From a virus (Duplodnaviria > Caudoviricetes), in IMG/VR virus record IMGVR_UViG_3300006129_000018, positions 1-35,432 of that record: a DNA stretch of 35,432 bases; one strand, 5' to 3'. Shown piece by piece: positions 1 to 8,990 of this stretch (the first letter of the stretch is position 1; every line of letters starts with the position of its first letter). The position numbers and the translations under genes were made by a program. A model generated the notes under the pieces. The model had not been told where the DNA came from, did no database searches, and saw only the letters and a program-made list of their open reading frames with translations.

Positions 1-2
1 TT

Positions 3-926
3 CTTGGATCAAAACAAGATCTACAAACAGCTTATAAAGAAGCTACAGAAGAATCTGAGAAGACTGGTAAGCCTGTAGATCCATTTAGAGTTGATACTCT
101 TGCTGCACAAATGGCAGCTAAACGTGGTGATCTTAAATCTTTTGAGAAGTTTAATAAAGATGCACAAACACATAAAACTGCAAATATTAATAATCAATTA
201 AATGAATTAAAGATTCAAAATGATAAGATTGAAAAAGCAGAACAGACATTACAAATGATGGATAGTCCACAAGATGCATTAAAAGAAGTTATGCGTGAAG
301 ACAATCCACTACCTATGCAACAAAGATTAGCAATGGTAAAACAAATAAGTGCTTTGGGTAATGATCCAGAGAAGTTTAAAGAGTGGAAAAAACAACACAG
401 TGATGCTTTGTTAACTGCTAAAGAACGTAATACTGCTCAAATAAAAACTATACACGAAGAAAATGTTGTTAGCAATAAAGAAAAAGACTTAGAATTTAAA
501 CGTGAAAAAGCTAAACAAGAAGCCAAAGATAAATCAGAAAAAGCTGCTGCTGGTGCTGTTGCTAAGGCTGCTAAAGATGCTAAGAAAGAATCTGAAAAAT
601 CCGCTAAAGAACAAGAAAAAGCAGAAGCTCACGATGAAAAGATTGAATCTTCTATTGATAAAGAGAATAAAGATTTTCAAAGAGAAAAACGATTAATTAA
701 TACTTCTAAACAGTCTCCCGAAATTAAACAAAAGCAATTACAAGAAGCTGAAAAATTACATAAAGAAACTGTTAGTCATTTAAAATCTAAATTAAAACTT
801 AAGCCTAAAGAAACAACAGCAAAAAAAGATTATAAAGATGCTGGCGAAATTAAGTCTGCTTACAAAAGCGGTAAAATTACTAAAGAAGAAGCTGTAAAAG
901 CACTTAAAGAACACGGGTACGATTAA
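3..926 (+). CDS. 5'-truncated Lys/Glu/Ala-rich coiled-coil protein, probable internal virion (ejection) protein
   Basis: The frame is open from position 3 (LGSKQDLQTAYKEA...) through the ATG at 111. Composition is helical and charged, and the stop overlaps the start of the next large virion gene. Function inferred from position. Confidence 0.55.
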   Translation, partial: LGSKQDLQTAYKEATEESEKTGKPVDPFRVDTLAAQMAAKRGDLKSFEKFNKDAQTHKTANINNQLNELKIQNDKIEKAEQTLQMMDSPQDALKEVMREDNPLPMQQRLAMVKQISALGNDPEKFKEWKKQHSDALLTAKERNTAQIKTIHEENVVSNKEKDLEFKREKAKQEAKDKSEKAAAGAVAKAAKDAKKESEKSAKEQEKAEAHDEKIESSIDKENKDFQREKRLINTSKQSPEIKQKQLQEAEKLHKETVSHLKSKLKLKPKETTAKKDYKDAGEIKSAYKSGKITKEEAVKALKEHGYD

Positions 927-3900
927 TGAATGCAGAAGACTTTTTAAATGATAAACAACCTACTACTGTTAAAGATGAAAAGTCTACTAAAACAAAATCA
1001 GCTGGTGATTTTTTAGAATCAAAAAGCACTCCCTCTGCTAAAGTAAAAAAATCCGCAGATTCTTTTTTGGATAAAAATTCTGCGGAATCTTTTTTGGATG
1101 ATGAAGATGAACCCAAATCTAATAAGTTGGGCTACGGATTAGATCGTATAGTTAAACATCCAGGCTCTGCTATTATCTCTGAGTTTACTAGTCTTGCTGA
1201 AATGGTGACTGGATTGCCTAAGATGGCTGTAGAAGATATATCTACATTACTTGTACCGGGAGCATTATCTGCTGCTGAAAAAGTAGGAGTAATTAAAAAA
1301 TCAACAAATGAAGCTAAGGTTGCTGTTGGTGTTGCAGCAGGTCAAAAACTATCTAAAGATTTAGGGTTTGATATACTTGCTAAAGCACCAACTAAAATAG
1401 CTGAGATGTCTGGTTTTGATAAAGAAACTCTTGAATCTTCTGGTTTAAATCTTACTATGCAAGCTGTTGGTAAAAGCATGGAGTATGTTGCTGACCAAAT
1501 AGAGAAACAAACTGGAGTAGCTAAAGCACAGACAATGGCTATGTTTGATATAGGTATGATCAAACTTGGTGATGCTATACATCCTGTAACTAAAAAACTT
1601 AATGATAAGTTTGTAGACAAAATGTCTAATGTTACTGAAACAGAAGTTAAAGCTTATCGTGAAGAGTTTGATCGTCAGTCTGCTGCTTATCAAGAGTATA
1701 CTAAGTCTAAAGAGAAACAAGCTAAAGCTGAAGTTAAAACTAAACCAGAAGAACCTGTCAAAGAAAAAACTGTTGAGGAAGTAAATAAAGAAGTTCAAGA
1801 AGTTAAAGCAGAAGAAAAAGCTGCTGAAGAATCTGAAATGCCTGGTCGTGAAAAAGAAACAGACGCATTGCAGAAAGAGATGATTACTCTTGACATGATG
1901 CCTCCTACTGTTAAAGTAGATCCAATTAAACAAAGAGATTGGACTACTGCTTGGTCAGAGGATGTTAAAGACGCTATTGGCGTTAATACTAGAGCATCTA
2001 TTGCTGACAAAAGACTTGTTCTTAATTTAATGAACAAAATGAAAGAAATAGTTCCGGATGAAGCTGAAAGATCTAAAATTTGGGAAGCTATAAACAGAGG
2101 AACTGTAGATCAACTTGCAGACAAATCTAAAGAGTTAGCAAAAATATATATTGATGAAATGGATAAATTAGGCAATCGGTTTAAAGACGAAGGTCTAATT
2201 AAAGGGCTACTTGATGACTATGCTACTCGTATTATAGATTTAAATGGTGTTGATCCTAAAGTATTGCCTGATATTTTAAAGGGATTAGAGGCTCGAGCAA
2301 AAGACGCCCCAACTACATCCCGTTTTGGTAAATCTAGAGCTGGTGGAACATTTGATGATTTTTTACAGGCTATAGATAAAGCTGGATTAAAATTAAAGAC
2401 CACTGATCTTGCTGAAGTATTTAAAGAGTACGGTATATCTATGTACAAAGCTTCAGAAAATAAAAAATTAATTGACAAATTAAAAGACACTTCTTTTGAA
2501 GGTGCTGGTATTTTTATTGATAAAAATAAAAATAAATATGTACCATCTAATTATGTCATGTTTGAACAAGGTCAGTTTTCTGGATATGCTGTTCATCCAG
2601 AGATTGCACCAGCATTAAAATTTGTAATTGATGCTAGAGAACCTGGTATGTTTATTAAAGCTGCTGGTACTTTAACAGCAGCAATTAAAAGGCTTCTTAT
2701 TGGATTATCTTTTTTCCATGGAACTTCTCTTACTATGGCCAATTTATTTGCTAATGTACCTAAGGATATTTATTATGGTAATGTTTACGAATTAATTCGT
2801 GAAATTCGTAACGGTGTTCTTAAAGAGCTACATGAAGGTGGATTAGGAGATTCTGTAGACAGTTGGTTACGTGATGCTGGTCTTGGTTTAGGTATGTCTG
2901 AAGACGTTGGTAGAGGAGCTATAACACAAATAGCTGAAGTTGCTGATAGATTAGTACAAAAATATACAGGATTTGAAGGCGATTTAGCACAAAAGGCAAC
3001 TAAACCTGTTGGTTGGTTTCAAGAAAAATTAGACTATGCAACATGGACTGTTCTTCATGATGGATTAAAACTATTTACTGCTGAAAAATATCTTGAAAAA
3101 GCTAAGATAGATCATCCAAATAAACCAGAGGCGGAGTTACGGAAAGAGATTGCATCAGCTGTAAACAATATTTTTGGTGGATTAGATTGGTACGGTATTG
3201 CTAGGGACTCAAACAATAAATTTGCAGAGTCTATGAAAATGGCAATGTTTAGTCCTGAAGGTCGTAGAGTATTACAAACTGTTTTGTTTGCTCCTGATTG
3301 GACTCTATCTACTATACGTGCATTTACAGAAGCTATTCCTAAGAACTTATTAAAACCAACTGAATGGGATATTGCTAAAGGTTTATCTGGATTACAGAAA
3401 CCTTTAACAAAAGAAGACTATGCTAGAAGATATCAAATGCGTTATGCTTTGTATTATTTAACATTGTTTAATGCAATTAATATGGCTACTTCTGGACATC
3501 CTATTTGGGATAATAAAGACAAGACAACTATTGATTTAGGTAACGGACAGACATTAGCTTTTGCTAAACACCCAAATGAACCTTTTGATTGGATAGGTGA
3601 TTTTGATAAAACATTAGCATACAAACTTGGATTTATTCCTAGAAGCATTGTCATGATGTTAGGTGGTGTTGAGTATGCTAGTCCAACTGCTCCTAAATTA
3701 AAAGATCAATCTTTAGAAGGTAGATCATTAGCAGTTGCTAAAGGTGCTGTTCCATTCTCTGTTAGTGGATTATCTAATGGTTGGCAACAAGCTTTGTCAG
3801 GTTTTATTGGATTACCTATTCGTGGTCCTAAAAATGCAGAACCATTAAAACCATCTTTAGATAAAGCAATTAAAAACGTAGAACATGCGTTGGGTATTAA

Positions 3901-3952
3901 AGTAAAAAAACATGCAGACGATTTCCTAGATTCGGACGAAGAAGAAGAATGA
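926..3952 (+). CDS. Large internal virion / DNA ejection protein (1008 aa)
   Basis: Long helical protein at the end of the podovirus-type structural arm, before the lysis genes. No enzyme motif recognised. Carries repeated A-x-x-F-L-[DEN] motifs at both termini. Confidence 0.6.
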   Translation: MNAEDFLNDKQPTTVKDEKSTKTKSAGDFLESKSTPSAKVKKSADSFLDKNSAESFLDDEDEPKSNKLGYGLDRIVKHPGSAIISEFTSLAEMVTGLPKMAVEDISTLLVPGALSAAEKVGVIKKSTNEAKVAVGVAAGQKLSKDLGFDILAKAPTKIAEMSGFDKETLESSGLNLTMQAVGKSMEYVADQIEKQTGVAKAQTMAMFDIGMIKLGDAIHPVTKKLNDKFVDKMSNVTETEVKAYREEFDRQSAAYQEYTKSKEKQAKAEVKTKPEEPVKEKTVEEVNKEVQEVKAEEKAAEESEMPGREKETDALQKEMITLDMMPPTVKVDPIKQRDWTTAWSEDVKDAIGVNTRASIADKRLVLNLMNKMKEIVPDEAERSKIWEAINRGTVDQLADKSKELAKIYIDEMDKLGNRFKDEGLIKGLLDDYATRIIDLNGVDPKVLPDILKGLEARAKDAPTTSRFGKSRAGGTFDDFLQAIDKAGLKLKTTDLAEVFKEYGISMYKASENKKLIDKLKDTSFEGAGIFIDKNKNKYVPSNYVMFEQGQFSGYAVHPEIAPALKFVIDAREPGMFIKAAGTLTAAIKRLLIGLSFFHGTSLTMANLFANVPKDIYYGNVYELIREIRNGVLKELHEGGLGDSVDSWLRDAGLGLGMSEDVGRGAITQIAEVADRLVQKYTGFEGDLAQKATKPVGWFQEKLDYATWTVLHDGLKLFTAEKYLEKAKIDHPNKPEAELRKEIASAVNNIFGGLDWYGIARDSNNKFAESMKMAMFSPEGRRVLQTVLFAPDWTLSTIRAFTEAIPKNLLKPTEWDIAKGLSGLQKPLTKEDYARRYQMRYALYYLTLFNAINMATSGHPIWDNKDKTTIDLGNGQTLAFAKHPNEPFDWIGDFDKTLAYKLGFIPRSIVMMLGGVEYASPTAPKLKDQSLEGRSLAVAKGAVPFSVSGLSNGWQQALSGFIGLPIRGPKNAEPLKPSLDKAIKNVEHALGIKVKKHADDFLDSDEEEE

Positions 3953-5277
3953 AAATATTAATCATTGATGCGGGTGGTAATGGATGTTTAGATTTTGCAT
4001 TACGATGCAAAGTTGCTGGACACCAAGTTAAAACATTTATTAGACATCATAAAGACGGATCTCGTAATGAATCTGGTGACGGTATTATTGATCGTGTGTC
4101 TGAATGGGAAAAATATATGAACTGGGCAGACCTTGTGTTCTGTACAGACAATGTATTTTATATACATGGACTAGAACGTTGGAGAGATAAAGGCTATCCA
4201 ATTTTTGGACCATCTGTTGACACTACTCGTTGGGAACAAGATCGTGTACATGGTGCTGATGTCATGGAAAAAGCTGGGATTAAAACAATTCCTAGTACTA
4301 GATTTAGTAAATATGATGAAGCCATAAAACACGTTATAGACAATCCAAAACGTTACGTATCTAAACCTATTGGCGATGGTGCAAAAGCCTTGTCATACGT
4401 CTCTAAATCAGCCGCAGACATGGTTTACATGCTTCAGTATTGGAAGAAGTGTAACGCATATAAAGGTGAATTTATTCTTCAAGACTTTCATCCTGGAATT
4501 GAGATGGCTGTTGGTGGTTGGTTTGGTGATTGTGGATTTAGTAAACACTGGTGTGAGAACTGGGAGTTTAAAAAATTCATGAATGATGATTTAGGAGTTG
4601 CAACAGGAGAACAGGGAACTGTTTTACGATATACAGAAGAATCACAGCTAGCTGATTGTGTTCTTAAACCTTTGGAAGATTACTTACATGGACTTAATTA
4701 CACAGGATACATTGATGTTAACTGTATTATTGGTAAAGATGGTACTCCTTGGCCTCTTGAGTTTACTATGCGTCCGGGTTGGCCGTTGTTTCAAATACAA
4801 CAATCGTTGCACAAAGGAGACCCAGCAGAGTGGATGCTTGATCTCATTAATGGAAAAGATACTCTTAAAGTTAAAAGTGAAGTAGCATGCGGTGTTGTTG
4901 TTACTATTCCTGATTATCCATATGGTAATGTAACCAAAAAAGATAACTGTGGATATCCATTATGGGGTATAACAGAAGAAGATGCTGTTAAAGACATACA
5001 TTTTTCTGAAGTACAGATGGGTAAAGCACCTTGTATGGAAGACGGAGAGGTAAAACTTAACGTACCTATGTATGTAACAGCAGGAGATTACATATGCACT
5101 GTATCTGGAGTTGGAGATACTGTTTGTGAAGCTTCTGAAAAAGCATATAAGACTATAGATAAAAAGATAGAGATACCTAATTCTATAATGTACAGAACTG
5201 ACATTGGTTGTAGGCTTGAGAAACAATTGCCAGAGCTACATAATATGGGTTATTGTTTGGATTTATACTATGAGTAA
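3949..5277 (+). CDS. PurD (phosphoribosylamine-glycine ligase)-like ATP-grasp ligase, divergent
   Basis: PurD architecture: MKILIIDAGG, GYPIFGPS...WEQDR, YVSKP, EFILQDFHPGIEM, EFKKFMNDDLGVATGEQG (canonical HKR..DGDTGPNTGGMG), LEFTMRPGWP (canonical EFNxRFGDPE), C-terminal MYRTDIG. ATGA overlap with the upstream gene. Confidence 0.8.
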   Translation: MKILIIDAGGNGCLDFALRCKVAGHQVKTFIRHHKDGSRNESGDGIIDRVSEWEKYMNWADLVFCTDNVFYIHGLERWRDKGYPIFGPSVDTTRWEQDRVHGADVMEKAGIKTIPSTRFSKYDEAIKHVIDNPKRYVSKPIGDGAKALSYVSKSAADMVYMLQYWKKCNAYKGEFILQDFHPGIEMAVGGWFGDCGFSKHWCENWEFKKFMNDDLGVATGEQGTVLRYTEESQLADCVLKPLEDYLHGLNYTGYIDVNCIIGKDGTPWPLEFTMRPGWPLFQIQQSLHKGDPAEWMLDLINGKDTLKVKSEVACGVVVTIPDYPYGNVTKKDNCGYPLWGITEEDAVKDIHFSEVQMGKAPCMEDGEVKLNVPMYVTAGDYICTVSGVGDTVCEASEKAYKTIDKKIEIPNSIMYRTDIGCRLEKQLPELHNMGYCLDLYYE

Positions 5278-5689
5278 CCTACTCCCCCCAATCCCTCAAA
5301 GTCCTATATCTGAAAACTTTCAGTGGAGAGATTGGTTAAGAAATTTAGGAAACTATATATCTGTAGTACAAATTGGTGGTAGTGCTTGGAGTATTGTTCA
5401 AGGAGGTACTGGAGCAAGTACAGCAAGTGGTGCTAGAGCTAACTTAGGTATATCTGTTGTTGGTAATACAGGACAGTACTCTGATCTTATAGGTAAACCA
5501 ACACTGGCTACAGTAGCAACTACAGGTGCTTACTCAGATTTAACTGGTAAGCCTACATTAGGTACGATGGCTGCACAGAACGTAGGTATTACTGCTACAA
5601 TAACAACAGCTAAATTAACATCAGGTGGTACTAACGGAAGTATGACTTTTGTTAATGGTATATTAACAGCACAGACACAGGCAACATAA
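5270..5689 (+). CDS. Short tail-fibre-like virion protein
   Basis: Likely start is the ATG at 5270 (MSNLLPPIPQ). Contains GGTGASTASGARANLG and a tandem YSDLxGKPTL repeat typical of tail fibres; Gly/Thr/Ala-rich. Confidence 0.6.
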   Translation: MSNLLPPIPQSPISENFQWRDWLRNLGNYISVVQIGGSAWSIVQGGTGASTASGARANLGISVVGNTGQYSDLIGKPTLATVATTGAYSDLTGKPTLGTMAAQNVGITATITTAKLTSGGTNGSMTFVNGILTAQTQAT

Positions 5690-6132
5690 TGATGAAGACA
5701 GGTGATAAGGGTATTGCTCTCATTAAAAAATGGGAAGGTTTTAGATCTATGCCGTACAAGGATGTTGTAGGTAAATGGACAGTAGGGTATGGGCATTTGA
5801 TGGTCCCAGGAGATGGTTGTGTAGTTGGCAGTCCAATTACTATGGGACAAGCTACAACACTATTGCAAAGAGATTTAACTACAGCAGAACTAGGTGTTAA
5901 TACAAGTGTTAAAGTTCCTATTACACAGAATCAATTTGATGCTTTAGTTTGTTTTACATATAATTTAGGGGTTGCAGCATTACAATCGTCAACATTACTT
6001 AAATTAGTTAATCAAAAAAAGTTTACAGAGGCAGTAGATCAATTTAAATTATGGAATCATGCTGGAGGTGTAGTTGTTGATGGGTTAACTACACGAAGAA
6101 AAGAAGAAGCACAACTATTTATGGAGAGTTAA
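5689..6132 (+). CDS. Endolysin, phage lysozyme (GH24)
   Basis: IKKWEGFRSMPYKDVVGKWTVGYGH (E-x8-D-x5-T triad), QNQFDALVCFTYNLG, GLTTRRKEEAQLF. Confidence 0.92.
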   Translation: MMKTGDKGIALIKKWEGFRSMPYKDVVGKWTVGYGHLMVPGDGCVVGSPITMGQATTLLQRDLTTAELGVNTSVKVPITQNQFDALVCFTYNLGVAALQSSTLLKLVNQKKFTEAVDQFKLWNHAGGVVVDGLTTRRKEEAQLFMES

Positions 6133-6133
6133 A

Positions 6134-6541
6134 ATGAGTTTAGATCCAATCTCAGCAGCATTAGACTTAGGAACAGCGTTAATTGAACGTATATTTCCTG
6201 ATCCAACACAAGCCGCTAATGCTAAATTAGAATTATTAAAGATGCAACAGTCTGGTGATTTAGCTACTATGACTGCACAAACTGATATTAATAAACAAGA
6301 AGCTGCAAGTACATCAGTATTTGTTAGTGGATGGAGACCAGCCATTGGTTGGGTATGTGCCTCAGCACTAGGATATCAGTATTTGTTTAGACCTATTATT
6401 ACATGGGCTGCTATGTGGGCAGGATATAATGTACCAACAATGCCAGGACTTGATGATAATCTTTGGCAATTAATGATGGGTATGTTAGGTATGGGTGGTT
6501 TAAGAACTTTTGAAAAGATTAATGGCGTAGCTAGCAAGTAG
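6134..6541 (+). CDS. Holin, 3TM / GTA-holin-like family
   Basis: FVSGWRPAIGWVC and LWQLMMGMLGMGGLRTFEK signatures, hydrophobic segments, directly after the lysozyme. Confidence 0.85.
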   Translation: MSLDPISAALDLGTALIERIFPDPTQAANAKLELLKMQQSGDLATMTAQTDINKQEAASTSVFVSGWRPAIGWVCASALGYQYLFRPIITWAAMWAGYNVPTMPGLDDNLWQLMMGMLGMGGLRTFEKINGVASK

Positions 6542-6543
6542 TC

Positions 6544-6638
6544 AACACGGCAAGAGAGGTATCAAGAACATAACTATTTTCCGTGTTTCTAGTTATGGTA
6601 TCAACGAATAGGCAGGCGAGTTTGTAACCCTCTCACCA
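6544..6638 (+). ncRNA. Candidate structured RNA with pseudoknot, between holin stop and terminator
   Basis: GAGAGG(6554-59) pairs with CCTCTC(6629-34). CATAACTA(6569-76) pairs with TAGTTATG(6590-97). Loop CCGTGTT(6581-87) is complementary to AACACGG(6544-50). Confidence 0.5.
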
Positions 6639-6641
6639 ATT

Positions 6642-6670
6642 AAAAAAGCCCCGTAAGGGGCTTTCTTTTT
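6642..6670. terminator. Bidirectional rho-independent terminator where the two arms converge
   Basis: AAAAAAGCCCC-GTAA-GGGGCTTTCTTTTT: GC stem, GNRA loop, A/T tracts on both sides. Confidence 0.9.
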
Positions 6671-6824
6671 ATTTGCTTTTACAGGATTCTTCTGTTTCAA
6701 TTCCTTTACAATCTTCATCTTTCTTTTTCTTTTTAAAGATTAGATCCCAATTGTTATTGAATTTTTCAGCATCTTTAGGTAGTATAGGTCTGTCTCCTTT
6801 ACCACCATCATGTTTATTAAACAT
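6669..6824 (-). CDS. Small hypothetical protein (51 aa), not in ORF track
   Basis: Manual translation MFNKHDGGKGDRPILPKDAEKFNNNWDLIFKKKKK...KSK*. Abuts the upstream ORF stop and ends in the terminator. Confidence 0.65.
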   Translation of the reverse strand: MFNKHDGGKGDRPILPKDAEKFNNNWDLIFKKKKKDEDCKGIETEESCKSK

Positions 6825-6968
6825 TCATTTCTCCCAATATAACATGACTCTAAATAAACCTAGTTCAAGTATAACTATAAACCAAGTTCCTTGTTCGTCT
6901 TCATAGTTGTCAATGTATTGAATACCAAAACTAATACCATTAATTAGTTCTACGTTGTAAGCTGTCAT
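6825..6968 (-). CDS. Small hypothetical protein (47 aa), not in ORF track
   Basis: MTAYNVELINGISFGIQYIDNYEDEQGTWFIVILELGLFRVMLYWEK*; ATGA overlap with the RNR stop. Confidence 0.6.
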   Translation of the reverse strand: MTAYNVELINGISFGIQYIDNYEDEQGTWFIVILELGLFRVMLYWEK

Positions 6969-8827
6969 AGTATTTCACATGCTCCGTTTACACAAGCTAA
7001 TTCATGCATATTAATTGTAGCATCATCTTGTTCAAATTGATTAAATTCATTCCAGTCAATATCAGGAAACTCTGATAATGCTTTTTCATAAACTTCTTTA
7101 GTACAATCTTGGTATGGTGCTTGTTGATATATATGATCACTGTATGGTAAGAAACTTACACCACCGATGTCATCAAAGTTTTTATATACCCAAGCTCCAA
7201 CTTCCATCCACTCATGTTCACGTACATTAACTGTAATAGATGGATTGTGTTCACACCATAATTGTTTAAACTTTAGATAGTGTTCAAGTTGTTCAATAGC
7301 TGTCCATTGTTTTCTATGGATAGAACCAGTAGGTGCTTTTTGTGGAAATGAAAAGACATAGTTACTGTCATTCATTACATCAATTTCGCACGCAACTCCT
7401 TTATCTCTAAGAAAAACTGCGAGAGGATCTTTAATATCCGCCCTAACAGTACGTATGTAGTAATCACTGTGGCGAGGGTGAATACCACTGGCAGAATCAA
7501 CAAGCTGAGAAACTGTTCCACTAGGCTTAACTGTTGTAATTGCTGCAGATTGAGGAATAGAGAGTCTTTGACTCCATTCCAGATTTGTTCTAATTGATTC
7601 ATCTTTCATGTCCTTTAACCATAATTCTGGTTTGTTAGCTAATGTTGTGTTGTCTAGAATACCTGTTAATGATACACCTAGTAATCGTTCTTCTTCAGCG
7701 TTTCGTTGCCATATCTTTCGGATATATTTAAAGTCTGTGAGAGTACTTTGAAAAGTCCCAAGGATTGTAGCAATGCGAATCTTTCTGAGAATATCTTCGA
7801 GTTTATCATCGTGTCGTACAATAACCTCTGTAAGATTACAAAATCCATTTGGTCGGAGGATGATTTCTCCACAAGGATTTGTTCCAAACTCGTGATCAGC
7901 ATCTCTGCGTCCTGTAGACTCTGCTTGTTTCTTTGCAGATACTCGGTTAAATATTCCACGTTCTCCTGATTTACTGTCATACAAAGATTTCCATTCATCC
8001 ATAAAAATGCCAATGTCTGGTTTCTCTGTATAAGATACGGAGTTATTGGCTAGTGCTCTTTGTTTATCATCTTCCCACCAAGCACCATTTTTAGCATTAC
8101 GCATACGCTCATCTGTTAGATTTGATAAGGATATCAAAGCAGATCTTCTGACGCCCCCCACAACAACTATCTGAGCAATTTTACAGATAAGGTCATGACA
8201 CTCAACAGAAGTTAGCTGTCTTCCTGCTGCTTTTTGAAAGAGTTGAACAGCGAATTGAAATAAGTCTTGGAGGGGTTTTGGTCCACTTGCTCTTCCTCCA
8301 AAGGTTTTAAGTCTAGCTCCTGCTGGACGCACTCTGCTATAGTCAACAGAAGGGATGAGGCCGCTGTATAATAATCCCAATAATTCTCTAAGAGCTGTTG
8401 CCCATCCTTGCTTTGAGTCAGCAACACTAATAGTTGTTTCTGTGCGACTGAACTCGCTTGCAATAACCGGTAATCGTTTAACATATTGTCTTTCTACAGA
8501 AAATCCTAAGCCAGTTCCATTCATAAGAATAAACATAGCTTCATCAAATGCTCTAACATCATCAACAGCAATGTAAGAACAATTATAACCAGCAATATTA
8601 TCTCTTTCTAATGCAGGTCCTGCTGTCATTAAAGCACGCATAGACGGCATTACATCTAAGTTATATATTGCATCATATACTTCTTTGTATGGGAATACAT
8701 CTGGGTATTTATTTTTCCAGAAATCACAGTACCTTGTTACTGTTTCTTCCCATGTTTCTCTTCTACCTTGTTCAGGAAGCCATCGAGCATACCTTGATTT
8801 ATGTATGTATGTTTGAAAACTATTCAT
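6965..8827 (-). CDS. nrdJ: Class II (adenosylcobalamin-dependent) ribonucleotide reductase, monomeric RTPR-like
   Basis: YARW...RETWEETV, PSMRALMTAG, YNCSY, VVVGGVRRSALISL, GTNPCGEI, FCNLTE, TTVKPSGTVSQL, C-terminal ACVNGACEI. No small-subunit gene in the window. Start 8827 follows an AAGGA RBS. Confidence 0.92.
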   Translation of the reverse strand: MNSFQTYIHKSRYARWLPEQGRRETWEETVTRYCDFWKNKYPDVFPYKEVYDAIYNLDVMPSMRALMTAGPALERDNIAGYNCSYIAVDDVRAFDEAMFILMNGTGLGFSVERQYVKRLPVIASEFSRTETTISVADSKQGWATALRELLGLLYSGLIPSVDYSRVRPAGARLKTFGGRASGPKPLQDLFQFAVQLFQKAAGRQLTSVECHDLICKIAQIVVVGGVRRSALISLSNLTDERMRNAKNGAWWEDDKQRALANNSVSYTEKPDIGIFMDEWKSLYDSKSGERGIFNRVSAKKQAESTGRRDADHEFGTNPCGEIILRPNGFCNLTEVIVRHDDKLEDILRKIRIATILGTFQSTLTDFKYIRKIWQRNAEEERLLGVSLTGILDNTTLANKPELWLKDMKDESIRTNLEWSQRLSIPQSAAITTVKPSGTVSQLVDSASGIHPRHSDYYIRTVRADIKDPLAVFLRDKGVACEIDVMNDSNYVFSFPQKAPTGSIHRKQWTAIEQLEHYLKFKQLWCEHNPSITVNVREHEWMEVGAWVYKNFDDIGGVSFLPYSDHIYQQAPYQDCTKEVYEKALSEFPDIDWNEFNQFEQDDATINMHELACVNGACEIL

Positions 8828-8990
8828 CAATTCCTTCATTAAATTCTTGTTCAAGCTCATCAGCTTTGTTATCAATTACATCTTTAAAACGATCAACAAT
8901 ATCCTCGCTGGAGATATTTAATACTTCCAGCAAGGTTATTTCATCTACGTTTATTAACAGTTCATAGAGGTCAGGTAATGTTAAGGGCAT
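8820..8990 (-). CDS. Small acidic hypothetical protein (56 aa), not in ORF track
   Basis: MPLTLPDLYELLINVDEITLLEVLNISSEDIVDRFKDVIDNKADELEQEFNEGIDE*; fills the gap between DUF3310 and nrdJ. Confidence 0.65.
   Translation of the reverse strand: MPLTLPDLYELLINVDEITLLEVLNISSEDIVDRFKDVIDNKADELEQEFNEGIDE

Noticed and set aside
926-3952. Virion-encapsidated RNA polymerase
   Set aside because: No T7-type (DxxGR, Rx3Kx7YG, HD) or DxDGD motif set was recognised; a structure prediction would be needed to exclude it fully.
3949-5277. PurZ / Z-genome system
   Set aside because: PurZ is a PurA homolog, whereas this protein is ATP-grasp PurD-like. No DatZ- or MazZ-like gene was recognised.
6554-6638. tRNA gene (stem followed by ACCA)
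   Set aside because: No T-loop TTCRA, D-arm or anticodon arm geometry. Kept only as a structured-RNA candidate.
6673-6906. 77-aa plus-strand ORF after the terminator
   Set aside because: It lies beyond the plus-strand terminator and is antisense to two better-supported small minus-strand genes.
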